Source: Candidatus Altimarinota bacterium (GTDB taxonomy: Bacteria > Patescibacteriota > Gracilibacteria > CAIRYL01). From it: 64,000 nt of DNA. The position numbers and the translations under genes were made by a program. Positions 36,419 to 47,140 of this stretch are shown piece by piece (within the stretch, counting starts at the first letter, position 1; the number at the start of each line of letters is the position of its first letter). The stretch is from the NCBI GenBank assembly GCA_965250085.1, contig OZ252287.1, forward strand, positions 1,088,001-1,152,000, written 5' to 3'. The notes beneath the pieces are model-generated. The model made no database searches. It was not told the origin of the DNA and worked only from the letters and a program-made list of their open reading frames with translations.

Positions 36419-37195
36419 ATGAAAAAAGCAGCACTGGTACTTTCTGGAGGAGGAAGTTTGGGAGCGGCACATATTGGAGCACTCAGGGTTCTGGAAAAAC
36501 AATATGAGTTTGATTTTTTGGCTGGTGTTTCTGCTGGAGCGGTAGTGGCGGGTGCTATTGCTTGCGAGAAAACTGCGGATGAAATTTCTGACGTTCTTCG
36601 TAAACAAAAACTCTTCCAAATCGCATTCGATTTTGCCAAAGGAGACTACGGGCTCCTCAGAGGGGAGAAGATACTGAAGGTTTTGAAAGAATTTTTGAAT
36701 AATAAGACCTTTGAAGATATTCAAGACAAAACACTTCAGCTCGGAGCCACGGATTTCTCTACTGGCGAAAGAGTAATTTTGGGATCTGGTCCTCTTGCAG
36801 AATCTATACGAGCTTCGCTCTCAGTTCCGCTTGTATTTGAACCCTATGAACTGGGTGGCAGATGGCTTGTAGACGGAGGATTGTCTCAAAACTTCCCCCT
36901 TGATCTTGCCATTGAAGAGTATACTGGAGACACTATTATTGCGATCGACGTGGGCACAAGCTTTGAGCACAATAAGAATTTTTCTGAGTCAGAGTTTTTT
37001 GGAAAGGCAAAAAAAGTGCGAAAGATGTTGGAACGCACCTTTCGAATTTTTTATCTCCATCAGCAAAAGTTTGATCCAGATCCTCGAGTGCAAATAATCC
37101 GCCCAGATCTTACCGAATTTACCACTCTTAATATCTATAAACTCTCTCAAATTGAAGCAGCTGGAGAGGAGGCGGCAAAACAATTTCTAAAATAA
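36419..37195 (+). CDS. Patatin-like phospholipase
   Basis: LSGGGSLGAAHIG, GVSAG (GxSxG), DGG. Confidence 0.93.
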   Translation: MKKAALVLSGGGSLGAAHIGALRVLEKQYEFDFLAGVSAGAVVAGAIACEKTADEISDVLRKQKLFQIAFDFAKGDYGLLRGEKILKVLKEFLNNKTFEDIQDKTLQLGATDFSTGERVILGSGPLAESIRASLSVPLVFEPYELGGRWLVDGGLSQNFPLDLAIEEYTGDTIIAIDVGTSFEHNKNFSESEFFGKAKKVRKMLERTFRIFYLHQQKFDPDPRVQIIRPDLTEFTTLNIYKLSQIEAAGEEAAKQFLK

Positions 37196-37789
37196 TTTTT
37201 TCCATTTTCCAAAAATGAAAAATCGGAAAAAGTAAAAAAGAACGAGAAAACAGAGAAAAAATGGAAGAAGAATAAAAAGCTCAGATGCGACGACAAAATA
37301 TCGCCAAGTGATTTCTAAAACTCCAAAAGGATGGATAAACATGTCCCATGAATTGAGTCGTTCAAAAAGACCAAGCATTACCCCAAGACTCGAAAGAAGT
37401 ACCAAGATTGGAGGAGTTATGAAAAGCCAATTTTTATGAAAGACGCGTGCAAACAGTTCTGATATTTTTTGGATAACAATTACAAAAAACGGAATTGCCA
37501 AAGTAGCATACACAAAAAAGAGGGGAATGCTCCAGGGCGCTTCAGCACATCTTTTGTATCGGTCTGCACCCGAACAATGGTCGAGGACATGGCGTGCATC
37601 GGTAAAGACATACGCAATATTTGGGAGAAACAGAATGATAAGCAGGATTCCAAGAAGGAATACTATTTGTTTTCCAAATGAAAGTTTTTTCCAAGAATTT
37701 TTTCCGATTTTGTGTTCCAAAAGCACCACTCCAACGACAGGAAGAATCATTAAGAACACATTCCACAGAGCACCATCAATTCCAAGCAT
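37187..37789 (-). CDS. DUF1361 family membrane protein
   Basis: WNVFL, LFLPNIAYVFTD..H, GLFERLNSWD. Confidence 0.8.
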   Translation of the reverse strand: MLGIDGALWNVFLMILPVVGVVLLEHKIGKNSWKKLSFGKQIVFLLGILLIILFLPNIAYVFTDARHVLDHCSGADRYKRCAEAPWSIPLFFVYATLAIPFFVIVIQKISELFARVFHKNWLFITPPILVLLSSLGVMLGLFERLNSWDMFIHPFGVLEITWRYFVVASELFILLPFFLCFLVLFYFFRFFIFGKWKKLF

Positions 37790-37855
37790 TGGATTTTTTT
37801 TAAAAATTGCCGAGGCATTGTGGCAGAAAAAAGAGCAATTTTGAAGAATACTTGT

Positions 37856-37938
37856 AAAATCTCCCCTATCCCCTCTTTGAAAAAGAGGGGAATATAATCT
37901 TATCCCTCCCTTTTTTAAAGGGAGGTTAGGAGGGATTT
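37856..37938. repeat. REP-like family A doublet abutting the radA stop codon
   Basis: AAAATCTCCCCTATCCCCTCTTTGAAAAAGAGGGGAA...ATCCCTCCCTTTTTTAAAGGGAGGTTAGGAGGGATTT. Confidence 0.85.
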
Positions 37939-39306
37939 CTACTCAAATATCTTTTTGAGTACTTCTTGCAGGGTTTTACCACTGATTACCTGCATTTTTG
38001 TTTTCACTTTTTTCGCTTGAGACGCAGAAAGAACGGCTTCAGAAAATCCAAGTTTCTCCGCTTCTTTCACTCGCTTGTCTATATGAGAAGCAGCGCGTAT
38101 TTCTCCCGAGAGTCCAAGTTCTCCTATAGCTACCAGTTTTTCCGGAAGCGGTTTTTTGAGTTTAGATGACGCGAGAGAGAGGGCAATAGCAAGATCTGCT
38201 GCTGGTTCTGACAGGCGAAAACCTCCCACCACATTCGCAAAAACATCAGCGTTATCGAGTTTGATCTTGGTGTGTTTTTGTAAGATAGCGAGCAAAAGGT
38301 TCAGCCTGTTTACATCTACTCCTGTGGCGGTGCGTTTGGGGTATCCAAATTTGGTAGTACTCGTAAGTGTCTGAATTTCCACAAGAAATGGACGAGTCCC
38401 TTCTATAGTAGGAAAAATAATTGATCCAATAGCATCTTTGAGCCTTCCAGAAAGAAATGCTTCACTGGGATTTTTGACTTCTTGTAATCCTTTTTCCGTC
38501 ATTTCAAATACCCCCACTTCAAAAACAGATCCAAACCTGTTTTTCGTAGACCGCAGGAGCCTGAACTGATGAAACTGATCTCCTTCTAAATGAAGAAGAG
38601 TATCTACCAGATGTGCCAATGCCTGCGGCCCTGCCATTTCTCCAGATTTGGTGACATGTCCTACGAGGACAGTGGGAATCTTTTTTGCTTTTGCGATGTG
38701 CATTATCTTTTCGGTCACCATGCGGATCTGACTTACTGATCCGGCAGCGGAAGGGATTGCTCCACTGGCGATGGTTTGCACAGAATCGAGAATAAGAAAT
38801 GCGGGTTTTTCTTTTTCCAGAGTGGCGATGATATTTTCTACCAGAAACTCAGAAAGGATCACTAAGTTCTCTGGCACATCTCCAAGTCGATGTGCACGTT
38901 CGGATATCTGACCAGCGGATTCTTCACCAGAGACAATCATTACGAGATCTTTTGTATTCTGCGCTGCTATTTGCAGTGCCCATTGGAGAGTAAGGGTGGA
39001 TTTTCCAATACCGGGATTGCCGGTAATCAGCACGAGAGAGTCTTTGAGAAGTCCGCCTCCCAATACTCGATCAAGCTCTTCTATTCCGCTTGTAAGGCGA
39101 ACATCTTTTAAGTCTTTTTTTTGAGTGATTTTAATAGGACTCGCAGCTTTGCCTTCCACTTTTTTCTTTGCTCCTGGGAGTATTTCCAAAGTTGCAGAGG
39201 ACTCTACAAGCGTATTCCATGCGGCACACTCGTAGCACTGCCCAGCCCATTTTGGACTCTGCGCTCCGCACTTTGTACATTCATAGAGTGTTTTTACTTT
39301 TGCCAT
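37939..39306 (-). CDS. radA: DNA repair protein RadA/Sms
   Basis: C4 zinc finger, GNPGIGKSTL, KNRFG, Lon-like C-terminal domain. Confidence 0.97.
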   Translation of the reverse strand: MAKVKTLYECTKCGAQSPKWAGQCYECAAWNTLVESSATLEILPGAKKKVEGKAASPIKITQKKDLKDVRLTSGIEELDRVLGGGLLKDSLVLITGNPGIGKSTLTLQWALQIAAQNTKDLVMIVSGEESAGQISERAHRLGDVPENLVILSEFLVENIIATLEKEKPAFLILDSVQTIASGAIPSAAGSVSQIRMVTEKIMHIAKAKKIPTVLVGHVTKSGEMAGPQALAHLVDTLLHLEGDQFHQFRLLRSTKNRFGSVFEVGVFEMTEKGLQEVKNPSEAFLSGRLKDAIGSIIFPTIEGTRPFLVEIQTLTSTTKFGYPKRTATGVDVNRLNLLLAILQKHTKIKLDNADVFANVVGGFRLSEPAADLAIALSLASSKLKKPLPEKLVAIGELGLSGEIRAASHIDKRVKEAEKLGFSEAVLSASQAKKVKTKMQVISGKTLQEVLKKIFE

Positions 39307-39358
39307 GTACCTTCAAAAATGCGAAAGACATTGTCTCGCATCCTCTTTCAATCTGCAA

Positions 39359-39556
39359 TCAGTCTTCTGTGCTTTCTTCTGGTAATGATGCTACAAATTC
39401 ACTCATATCATATTTAAGATCAGCTGCTGTCACTGGAATAGAAGCACCGGGGATTTCACCTTCTTGAAATTCGGCCCCAAGCCGAGCTATTACATATTCG
39501 GCACCAACCGAATCAGCTTCTGGACCTGTAATGCGTTGAACGCTTCTTGCTTCCAT
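39359..39556 (-). CDS. Small acidic hypothetical protein
   Basis: 65-aa ORF co-oriented upstream of radA. Confidence 0.35.
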   Translation of the reverse strand: MEARSVQRITGPEADSVGAEYVIARLGAEFQEGEIPGASIPVTAADLKYDMSEFVASLPEESTED

Positions 39557-39797
39557 ACCATTCCCATTAAGTATATTTGTATTTTAATTATAAATTATAA
39601 AATGTCAAGCTCTTCTTAAGAAGAAACTTCTTTCGTATTTTTGAAATCTAAAAATTAAGTGGGAATAACTCACCCTCGGGTGATCTCTGTAGATCTCGTT
39701 ACCTGAATGCAGGTGATTGGCACCGAAAAATTGACAAAAAAATTTAAAAGGTGTAGAAACAAAAGGATCATCTCCTTTTGTATTTTTTCCTTTGCAA

Positions 39798-40352
39798 ATG
39801 GCAAAAAAAGAATTGCCTTCTAGAGAAAGTGGAAGACATGCAGAGAGTACGAACCCTCTTGCCGTTCGAGAGTATTTTCCTAAAGGACCGTCACCAGAAA
39901 ATGTTGGGCTCGATACTCATCAAGAGCTCCAAAATGTTCTTCCCGAATGGAGAGAGCATAACCCAGAGAATGTTGAACATACCACCTTGGCAGAGCAAGG
40001 AGGAGAAGAAGGAAGGACTACCACAAACTCGATGGAGACTGTCTCGAATGAGGCTATTGCCTATAACAACCTAGGCGATACTCTTCATAAACAAGGAAAA
40101 TATAAGGAGGCAGAGGATGCTCACAGAAAGGCGATACAACTTTCCCCGGGACATGCTTTATTTTATTTCTACTTGGTAGGCACCCTTTTAAAGCAAGGCA
40201 AAAATAAAGAGGCAAGAGAGGCTATTAGAACCATGCAGGCTATCCCGAATACTGTCTATAAGAATCTTGTCTTTTATGACAACTTAGGAGATGCCATCTG
40301 CTCTTTCCCGGAAGGGAATGCAATCTCTTCCGATTCAGGCGCACACATATAA
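39798..40352 (+). CDS. Tetratricopeptide repeat protein
   Basis: AYNNLGDTLHKQGKYKEAEDAHRKAIQLSP TPR; TTGACA upstream at 39731. Confidence 0.75.
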   Translation: MAKKELPSRESGRHAESTNPLAVREYFPKGPSPENVGLDTHQELQNVLPEWREHNPENVEHTTLAEQGGEEGRTTTNSMETVSNEAIAYNNLGDTLHKQGKYKEAEDAHRKAIQLSPGHALFYFYLVGTLLKQGKNKEAREAIRTMQAIPNTVYKNLVFYDNLGDAICSFPEGNAISSDSGAHI

Positions 40353-40371
40353 GAGGGAACAAAAAGAAATA

Positions 40372-43074
40372 TCACCACATCAAGTACTTCTCTACAAATT
40401 GATTTCCCTGACGTGCGAAATATTTGCGTCCTTCACCCCAAGCAAAGATCAGCACGGCAAATGGAATACCCAGACTGAGTTCAAAGAGCGTAAGTGAATG
40501 AGTGCCAAACAGAGTGTTCATTGCTGGGAGATACACAATTGCAGCAAGGATGAGAAGCTCTGACACAATACCCAGAAGGATCAATTTGTTCCCAAAAAAA
40601 CCAATAGTAAAGACAGACTGTCTCCTCGTGCGACAGATATAGACATCAGCAATTTGGCATACGATGATACTTGCAAAGAAGGCACTTACAGATTTTAGGT
40701 ACAATGGGTCATTGATCGCAAGTTCGGCTCCCCAAGTCCATCCTCCTTGGAAGAGCACATAAAAATAGGCAAAAAACCCAGCAGCTGCCTGCATCATGCC
40801 CACAATACCATATGACATAAAGAGCAGATTGTTGGTCAGGAGCCGTTCACTGCGAGATCTCGGAGGTTTGTTCATTACGTCACTTTCAGATTTTTCGGTT
40901 CCGAGTCCCAGTGCCGGCACGATGTCTGTTCCCAAATCAATAGCGAGGATAAGCACCACCGTGAGCGGGAGAGGGATTCCCAAAAGTGCAAAAGCAATAA
41001 ATGGCAAAATTTGCGGCACATTACTCGTCAGGATGTAAGCAATAAATTTTTTGATGTTTTCAAAAATGGTGCGCCCTTCCCGCACAGCATCTACAATGGT
41101 GGCAAAATTATCATCGAGAAGCACCATATTGCTCGCTTCTCGTGCAACCTCTGTACCGCCCACTCCCATAGAGACCCCCATATCCGCATTTTTGAGTGCC
41201 GGTGCATCATTGACTCCATCTCCTGTCATCGTTACCACTTCACCCATCGCTTGCAGTGCTTTCACCACTCTGAGCTTCTGGATAGGATTGATGCGAGCAA
41301 AGATAATATGTTTCCTTTCTAAAACTTTTTTGAGGTCTGTGTCACTGAGCTCTTTCATCTCCTTTCCCGTTTTGACCATCGCTTCTACTCCTTCAGGAAT
41401 CATGCCAACCTTTCGGGCAATGGCCTCAGCAGTGACAGCAAAGTCTCCGGTCATCATAATGACCCGTATGCCGGCGGTTTGACACTTGGCAATCGCTTCA
41501 GGAATTTGTTTTCTCGGAGGATCCATCATGCCGATGAGACCGGTGAAGATAAAATCCTGCTCTTCGGTTTTTTCTGTTGTGGTCGCTTTGTGGGCGAATG
41601 CCAGCATGCGATGACCAGCGGCGGCAATGTCCTTATATTTCTGGATCATTTCCTTTTTGTATTCTTCTGAAAGTTCTTTGACCTCTCCGTGTTCTGAATA
41701 TTTGTTACATTTACTCAGTACCACTTCTGGTGCTCCTTTCATATAAGCGGTCATACTTCCGTTTTCTTGATGAGTCGTGATCATTCGTTTGGTGGCGGAA
41801 TCAAAGGGGGACTCGTGCACACGTGGTAATTGAGCATTTGTTTTCTCCAGATCAAGATGCTTCTGGGCAAATGCGAGCAGTGCGGTTTCGGTCGGATCTC
41901 CTACAAACTCCTTTTTTTGCTCGTCATATCGTGCATTGTTACACAGTGCCATTGTTTTCAGTATTTGCTGAAATTCAAATGATTCTGGATCACTCGCTTT
42001 CCTCACATCACAAGAGTTGCGGTTATAGCAAATGGCTTCTACGGTCATCCGATTTTCAGTAATCGTCCCGGTTTTATCAGTACAGATCACAGTAGTAGAT
42101 CCGAGCGTTTCCACCGATTCCAGATTTTTAATCAGCGCGTTTTTCTTTGCCATGCGCTTGGCGGCAATACTCAGGCATAGTGTTACTGTCGGAAGCAGTC
42201 CTTCTGGCACATTGGCCACAATGATTCCAATAGCAAAGATGATACTCCCCATGAGTTGATGTCCCATGGCGAGGCTTACAAAGAAAAAGACGACTCCAAG
42301 TGAGATGGCAATAGCAGAAATAATGCGAATAAAACGATGCAGTTCTTTTTTTAACGGACTCACCACTCCTTTGGTTTGCTTGGTGAGCGAAACAATCTCT
42401 CCAATTTGCGTCTTCATTCCTGTAGCATAGACAATTGCAGTACCGTTGCCCGATTGCACCAATGTTCCAGAAAATAACATGTTTCGAGATTCCAAAATAT
42501 TTTCATGAGTACATTCGTTTTTCCTCAGTTGCGGCTCACATTCTCCTGTGAGAGCTGAATGGTCCACTTTCATCGCATTTTGCTCGATGAGCCTCGCATC
42601 AGCTGGGACTTTATCTCCTTCGGCGAGAAAGATAATATCGCCTGGGACAAGATACTTCGCTTCCAGCTTCACCTTTTTTCCATTTCTCAGCACTTCCACA
42701 TTGGTCGGAAGCATCTTACGAAATGAATCCATGATTTTTTCCGATTGATACTCCTGAAGGAATGTAAACACGGCGTTGAGCACGACGACTGTTGCCAGAG
42801 CAATGGCGATATAGAGGTGTCCTTGTCCCGGATCTAAATATTCTGCCAAAAAAGAAAGCCCTGCACCAAAAAGAAGAAGCATGGCAAAGAAATTTATAAA
42901 TTGTTTCAAAAATTTCACGAGAGGTGACTCCTTGCCATTAGCACTCAGTTCATTAGGACCATGTGTAACCATTCGCTTCTGAGCTTCATTTGAGGATAGT
43001 CCTTTTTCAGAAGACCCAATTTTCGTGTACAGTTCAGAAATATCGATCTTATGTGCATTGCAAATATCTGGCAT
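40372..43074 (-). CDS. Cation-transporting P-type ATPase (type IIC, Na+/K+-ATPase-like)
   Basis: VANVPEGL, DKTGT, TGDGVND, YILTSNVPQ, IDLGTD, QIADVYICRTRR. Confidence 0.93.
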   Translation of the reverse strand: MPDICNAHKIDISELYTKIGSSEKGLSSNEAQKRMVTHGPNELSANGKESPLVKFLKQFINFFAMLLLFGAGLSFLAEYLDPGQGHLYIAIALATVVVLNAVFTFLQEYQSEKIMDSFRKMLPTNVEVLRNGKKVKLEAKYLVPGDIIFLAEGDKVPADARLIEQNAMKVDHSALTGECEPQLRKNECTHENILESRNMLFSGTLVQSGNGTAIVYATGMKTQIGEIVSLTKQTKGVVSPLKKELHRFIRIISAIAISLGVVFFFVSLAMGHQLMGSIIFAIGIIVANVPEGLLPTVTLCLSIAAKRMAKKNALIKNLESVETLGSTTVICTDKTGTITENRMTVEAICYNRNSCDVRKASDPESFEFQQILKTMALCNNARYDEQKKEFVGDPTETALLAFAQKHLDLEKTNAQLPRVHESPFDSATKRMITTHQENGSMTAYMKGAPEVVLSKCNKYSEHGEVKELSEEYKKEMIQKYKDIAAAGHRMLAFAHKATTTEKTEEQDFIFTGLIGMMDPPRKQIPEAIAKCQTAGIRVIMMTGDFAVTAEAIARKVGMIPEGVEAMVKTGKEMKELSDTDLKKVLERKHIIFARINPIQKLRVVKALQAMGEVVTMTGDGVNDAPALKNADMGVSMGVGGTEVAREASNMVLLDDNFATIVDAVREGRTIFENIKKFIAYILTSNVPQILPFIAFALLGIPLPLTVVLILAIDLGTDIVPALGLGTEKSESDVMNKPPRSRSERLLTNNLLFMSYGIVGMMQAAAGFFAYFYVLFQGGWTWGAELAINDPLYLKSVSAFFASIIVCQIADVYICRTRRQSVFTIGFFGNKLILLGIVSELLILAAIVYLPAMNTLFGTHSLTLFELSLGIPFAVLIFAWGEGRKYFARQGNQFVEKYLMW

Positions 43075-43289
43075 AACAAAGTTAAAATAATCTCGTCATT
43101 ATACCAGTTTGTAAGCCAAACTTGAAGTATTTTGATTTGTAAAAATACACCTTTTATTGTGTAGATTGGTATCCCAATTGCCCACTGGAATTCGTCCGAG
43201 GTGACGTGGCAATCTCCCTTAAAATTAATTATTCAAAAGCTATCTCCTGATAAAAATAGAAAAATATTCACTTTCCCCATAATCTCCTA

Positions 43290-43880
43290 TCACCTTCTCT
43301 CTTCATCCATCTTATCCAAAGCATTCTCAACATTTAGTTGAATTCCATCTCCTTCTTCAAAACGTTGGTCCACTGCATCTAGGCCACATTCACGGTCGTT
43401 CAAATCTTCGGGAGTATCTCCTATATCTGCTGTGGATCCTGGGTATCTGAATATGAGAGAAAAAAGCACAGCTTTTAATGGATCTCTTGTATCTTTAAAT
43501 CCATAAAAGTCCGTGAGATCCTCCGTTTCTAATAGAGATATCATTTTTCTTGCATCGTATATTACGAGTTCCAAAGACTTATCATTTTCTGGCTGATATC
43601 GCATTGCATCATCTGCAAGAGATCCTGTTCCCAGAACCTCTACTGTCCCACAGAAAACTCCGGAGTGAGAATTCTTCGTAGAAATATAAATTTGACCCGA
43701 TAGATTATTTCTACGGGCACCAATCATTCTGACTAACAAGTTTTTTTCATCAATTTTTAATGCTTTGATCCTTTGTCTAATTTCTAATTTTAGTCTTTCA
43801 GCGATGATTTGTGTATTTATAAGATCATCTTTTCTGAGATGTAATCTTACCCTTTCGAATGGAAGTTTATTTTTGGACAT
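43290..43880 (-). CDS. Hypothetical protein
   Basis: 196-aa ORF; IS30 inserted 10 bp upstream of its ATG. Confidence 0.6.
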   Translation of the reverse strand: MSKNKLPFERVRLHLRKDDLINTQIIAERLKLEIRQRIKALKIDEKNLLVRMIGARRNNLSGQIYISTKNSHSGVFCGTVEVLGTGSLADDAMRYQPENDKSLELVIYDARKMISLLETEDLTDFYGFKDTRDPLKAVLFSLIFRYPGSTADIGDTPEDLNDRECGLDAVDQRFEEGDGIQLNVENALDKMDEERR

Positions 43881-43890
43881 GTTTTTAATA

Positions 43891-44932
43891 CCTCAATTCG
43901 AGTTTGAAGTGCACCACCTCGGAAGAATTTAATACTCTAGGTGCATGAACAACTATGAACACTTCAGTAAGAGCGAGAGACAAGAACTCTTAATACTCCA
44001 CTCCAAAGGGTATTCGATGAGATCGATAGCCAAAGCGATGAACAGGAGTCACTCTACAATCAGCAGAGAGCTCAAGCGGAAGATGAAGAGAGGAGGATAC
44101 GATGCGTGTAAGGCTCATCAAAAAGCACAGAACAAAAGAAGATTTAGTAAATACCAAGGAATGAAGGTACGTGAGGATGATGAGATAGAGAAGTATATGC
44201 GAGAAAAGATGTTGTTAAAATGGTCACCAGAGAAGATTGCAGGAGTACTGTACTTGGAGAAGAGAGTTCGTATTGGGAAAGATGCCATCTATACATATCT
44301 CTACAGTGCACACGGACAAGACCTATGTCCTCTTCTTTATCGCAAGAGATATAGGAAGCGTAAACGGAGAAAGAAGAAATCAAAGCATGAAATCATCAAA
44401 GATAGAGTGTTTATTGCCCAAAGACCTCAGCATATCAACCAGAAGAAAAGATTTGGACACTACGAAGGAGATACCATGGGCAGACCCAAGAAAGCTTCCC
44501 CACAAACTCTTGTCATCGTTAGAGAACGACTCTCTCGTAAAATATTCGTGAAGAAGGTGTCTCGGCTCAGAGAATCCATGCAGGGATTTGGAGACATTCT
44601 GCACCAACTCCCTGCATACTCACTTACCTTGGACAACGGTGTAGAAAACACCAGATATAAAGACTTAAGAATCCCTATTTATTTTTGTGACCCCTACTCT
44701 TCTTGGCAAAAAGGCTCTGTAGAAAACGCCATTGGAAAACTTAGAAAATTTGTCCCTAAGAAAGCTGACCTCAAGAATTTCTCTCAAAACCAGTTACAAT
44801 CCTTTGTTGATACTCTTAACAACACTCCCATGAAAGTTCTCGGCTTTAGAACTCCCACCCATGTCTTTGACTTCTATAACAATCTCTAATATCTTTTTAT
44901 CCCAAGTGGTGCACTTCACCACAGAATGCGGG
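43891..44932 (+). mobile_element. IS30-family insertion sequence, copy 2, with 3-bp target duplication ATA
   Basis: Same inverted repeats as copy 1; ATA at 43888-90 and 44933-35. Confidence 0.94.
43945..44889 (+). CDS. IS30-family transposase
   Basis: Same protein as copy 1 except STISRE versus STIIRE. Confidence 0.93.
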   Translation: MNNYEHFSKSERQELLILHSKGYSMRSIAKAMNRSHSTISRELKRKMKRGGYDACKAHQKAQNKRRFSKYQGMKVREDDEIEKYMREKMLLKWSPEKIAGVLYLEKRVRIGKDAIYTYLYSAHGQDLCPLLYRKRYRKRKRRKKKSKHEIIKDRVFIAQRPQHINQKKRFGHYEGDTMGRPKKASPQTLVIVRERLSRKIFVKKVSRLRESMQGFGDILHQLPAYSLTLDNGVENTRYKDLRIPIYFCDPYSSWQKGSVENAIGKLRKFVPKKADLKNFSQNQLQSFVDTLNNTPMKVLGFRTPTHVFDFYNNL

Positions 44933-45031
44933 ATATACAGTTGAATACTATAATAACAGAGAAATAAAAAATATCAATACAGCAAGATAAACAAAAATCT
45001 TTCTTGTACTTACTCATAGCATTGTTTATCT

Positions 45032-47140
45032 CTATTCCTGAACAGCGTCTTTCATGGAAAGCCGTACGCGTCCTTCTCGGTCGATTTCGGTAAGCTTTAC
45101 TTTTACAATCTGACCCATTTTGACGTATTTACTCACATCTTCCACACGCTCATTGGCAATGAGTGAGACATGAATGAGACCTTGCTTGTTGGGCATATAC
45201 TCGGCAAAAGCTCCATAGGCTTCGATTCGTACTATTTTTGCTTCATAGGTTTTCCCCACTTCTGGCTTGGCCACAATGGCCATGACCATGGCTTTTGCTT
45301 TTGCCATCGCGTCCCCATCGTTTGAAGCGATAGTGATGGTGCCATCATCTTCAATATTCATTTCAACCCCTGTATCTCCAGTAATTTTCTGGATCGTTTC
45401 TCCTCCTTTTCCAATTACGAGACGAATATCTTCGGTCTCGACTTTGATCGTCTCAAGTCTTGGAGCATATGGTGATAGTTCCTTCCTTGGTTCACTGATC
45501 GCATCAGTCATTGCTTTTAAGATTTCAAGTCGCCCTTGATGAGCTTGCGCAAAAGCGTCTTTGAAGATCTCATCAGCAATTCCCAAAAGTTTGATGTCCA
45601 TTTGGATAGCAGTGATTCCTTTTTCGGTTCCAGTCACTTTGAAATCCATATCTCCTCCAAAGTCTTCTTCGTCCTGAAGGTCGGTAAGGACCTTATATTC
45701 TCCTGTATCAGGGTCGGTCATCAGTCCCATGGCAATGCCTCCAACAGGGGCACTAATGGGAACGCCGGCGTCCATCAAAGCCAGAGTGCATCCACATGTA
45801 GCCGCCATAGAACTCGAACCATTGGATTCTAAGATTTCACTTACCACGCGGATAATATATGGGAAATCGGCTTGAGCAGGAAGTACGGGCTCGAGGGCGC
45901 GCTGAGCAAGTGCTCCGTGTCCGATTTCCCGATTTCCAGTAAAGAGCCGATTGGAGCACTCTCCTACAGAAAATGGTGGAAAGTTATAATGATGCATAAA
46001 TCGTCGTTTGCTTTCTCCTTCAATTCCATCAACAATCAATTCATTTCCTGGCGCTGCCAGAGTTGCGACCGCAAGGTTTTGCGTTTCTCCACGGTTGAAG
46101 AGTCCGGATCCATGAGTTCTTTCCAGAATCCCAACTTCACAATTGAGCGGTCTGATCTCGGTCAATTTTCTTCCAGCGATTCGCTTTTCATCTTTCAAGA
46201 TAGAATTGCGAACAATAGTCTTAAAAATTGTATCTGCTAAAGCTTTAAATTGAGAGAGATCACGCTCTTCTCCAAAGTGTTCTTCCGCTTTTTTTTGAGC
46301 ATCTTCTATAATCTGCGCTTTTGTGCGGAATCGCTCTTTCTTTTCAGGGATAGTAAAAATGCAATCTCTCATTTTTTCCGAAACTTCTCCTTCAAGCCAC
46401 TTCTTAAGCTCTTCATCTTCTTCAGGAACACTAAATTCCATCTTTGTTTTTCCAATTTTACTTTGAATATCAGAGATAAATCCGCAGATCTTTTGTCCCC
46501 ATTTTTTTCCAAATGCGAGTGCTTCGAGCATTTTCTCTTCGGGGATTTCATTCGCACCTGCTTCAATCATAATAATATTTTGTGCGGAAGAAGAGACGAT
46601 AAGATCAAGATCTGAAGTACTTCGAGCTTCTCGTGATGGATTTAAAACAAATTCTCCATTTATCATTCCGACCCGCACACTGGCACATGGTCCATTCCAT
46701 GGGATGTCAGAAATACTCAGAGCGATCGAAGCTCCCACGGCCGCTACCATATCATGCTCATTCTCCCCATCATATGAGAGAGTGGTCAGCATGACCTGAA
46801 CATCCTTTTTGAGTCCTTTTGGAAACAAAGGTCTGATGGTTCGATCGATCACACGTCCCATGAGTATCTTGTCATCAGCAGGTCGTCCTTCTCGTTTCAT
46901 AAAACGGCTACTTTTGATGAGTCCAGCCGCGTACATTTTTTCCTGATAGTTGACCATAAGAGGAAAAAAACCAATGTCGCGTTCATTTACCGACATCGTT
47001 GCCGTTGCTAATAGAGTAGTTCCACCCATAGTAATAACGACAGAACCATTGGCCTGCTGAGCCAATTTTCCGATTTCCACTACAAGTTCTTTGTCCCCAA
47101 GGGAAAGAGTGTATGTTTTAAGCTTTGGATAATACGACAT
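45032..47140 (-). CDS. pnp: Polyribonucleotide nucleotidyltransferase
   Basis: FFPLMVNYQE, REIGHG, SNGSSSMA, GDMDFKVTG, KH and S1 domains. Confidence 0.98.
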   Translation of the reverse strand: MSYYPKLKTYTLSLGDKELVVEIGKLAQQANGSVVITMGGTTLLATATMSVNERDIGFFPLMVNYQEKMYAAGLIKSSRFMKREGRPADDKILMGRVIDRTIRPLFPKGLKKDVQVMLTTLSYDGENEHDMVAAVGASIALSISDIPWNGPCASVRVGMINGEFVLNPSREARSTSDLDLIVSSSAQNIIMIEAGANEIPEEKMLEALAFGKKWGQKICGFISDIQSKIGKTKMEFSVPEEDEELKKWLEGEVSEKMRDCIFTIPEKKERFRTKAQIIEDAQKKAEEHFGEERDLSQFKALADTIFKTIVRNSILKDEKRIAGRKLTEIRPLNCEVGILERTHGSGLFNRGETQNLAVATLAAPGNELIVDGIEGESKRRFMHHYNFPPFSVGECSNRLFTGNREIGHGALAQRALEPVLPAQADFPYIIRVVSEILESNGSSSMAATCGCTLALMDAGVPISAPVGGIAMGLMTDPDTGEYKVLTDLQDEEDFGGDMDFKVTGTEKGITAIQMDIKLLGIADEIFKDAFAQAHQGRLEILKAMTDAISEPRKELSPYAPRLETIKVETEDIRLVIGKGGETIQKITGDTGVEMNIEDDGTITIASNDGDAMAKAKAMVMAIVAKPEVGKTYEAKIVRIEAYGAFAEYMPNKQGLIHVSLIANERVEDVSKYVKMGQIVKVKLTEIDREGRVRLSMKDAVQE

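Noticed and set aside
43175-43220. GC-rich patch ending GTGACGTGGCAATCTC, and a similar patch at 23960-23990
   Set aside because: Probably degenerate REP-like remnants, but single and too decayed to call
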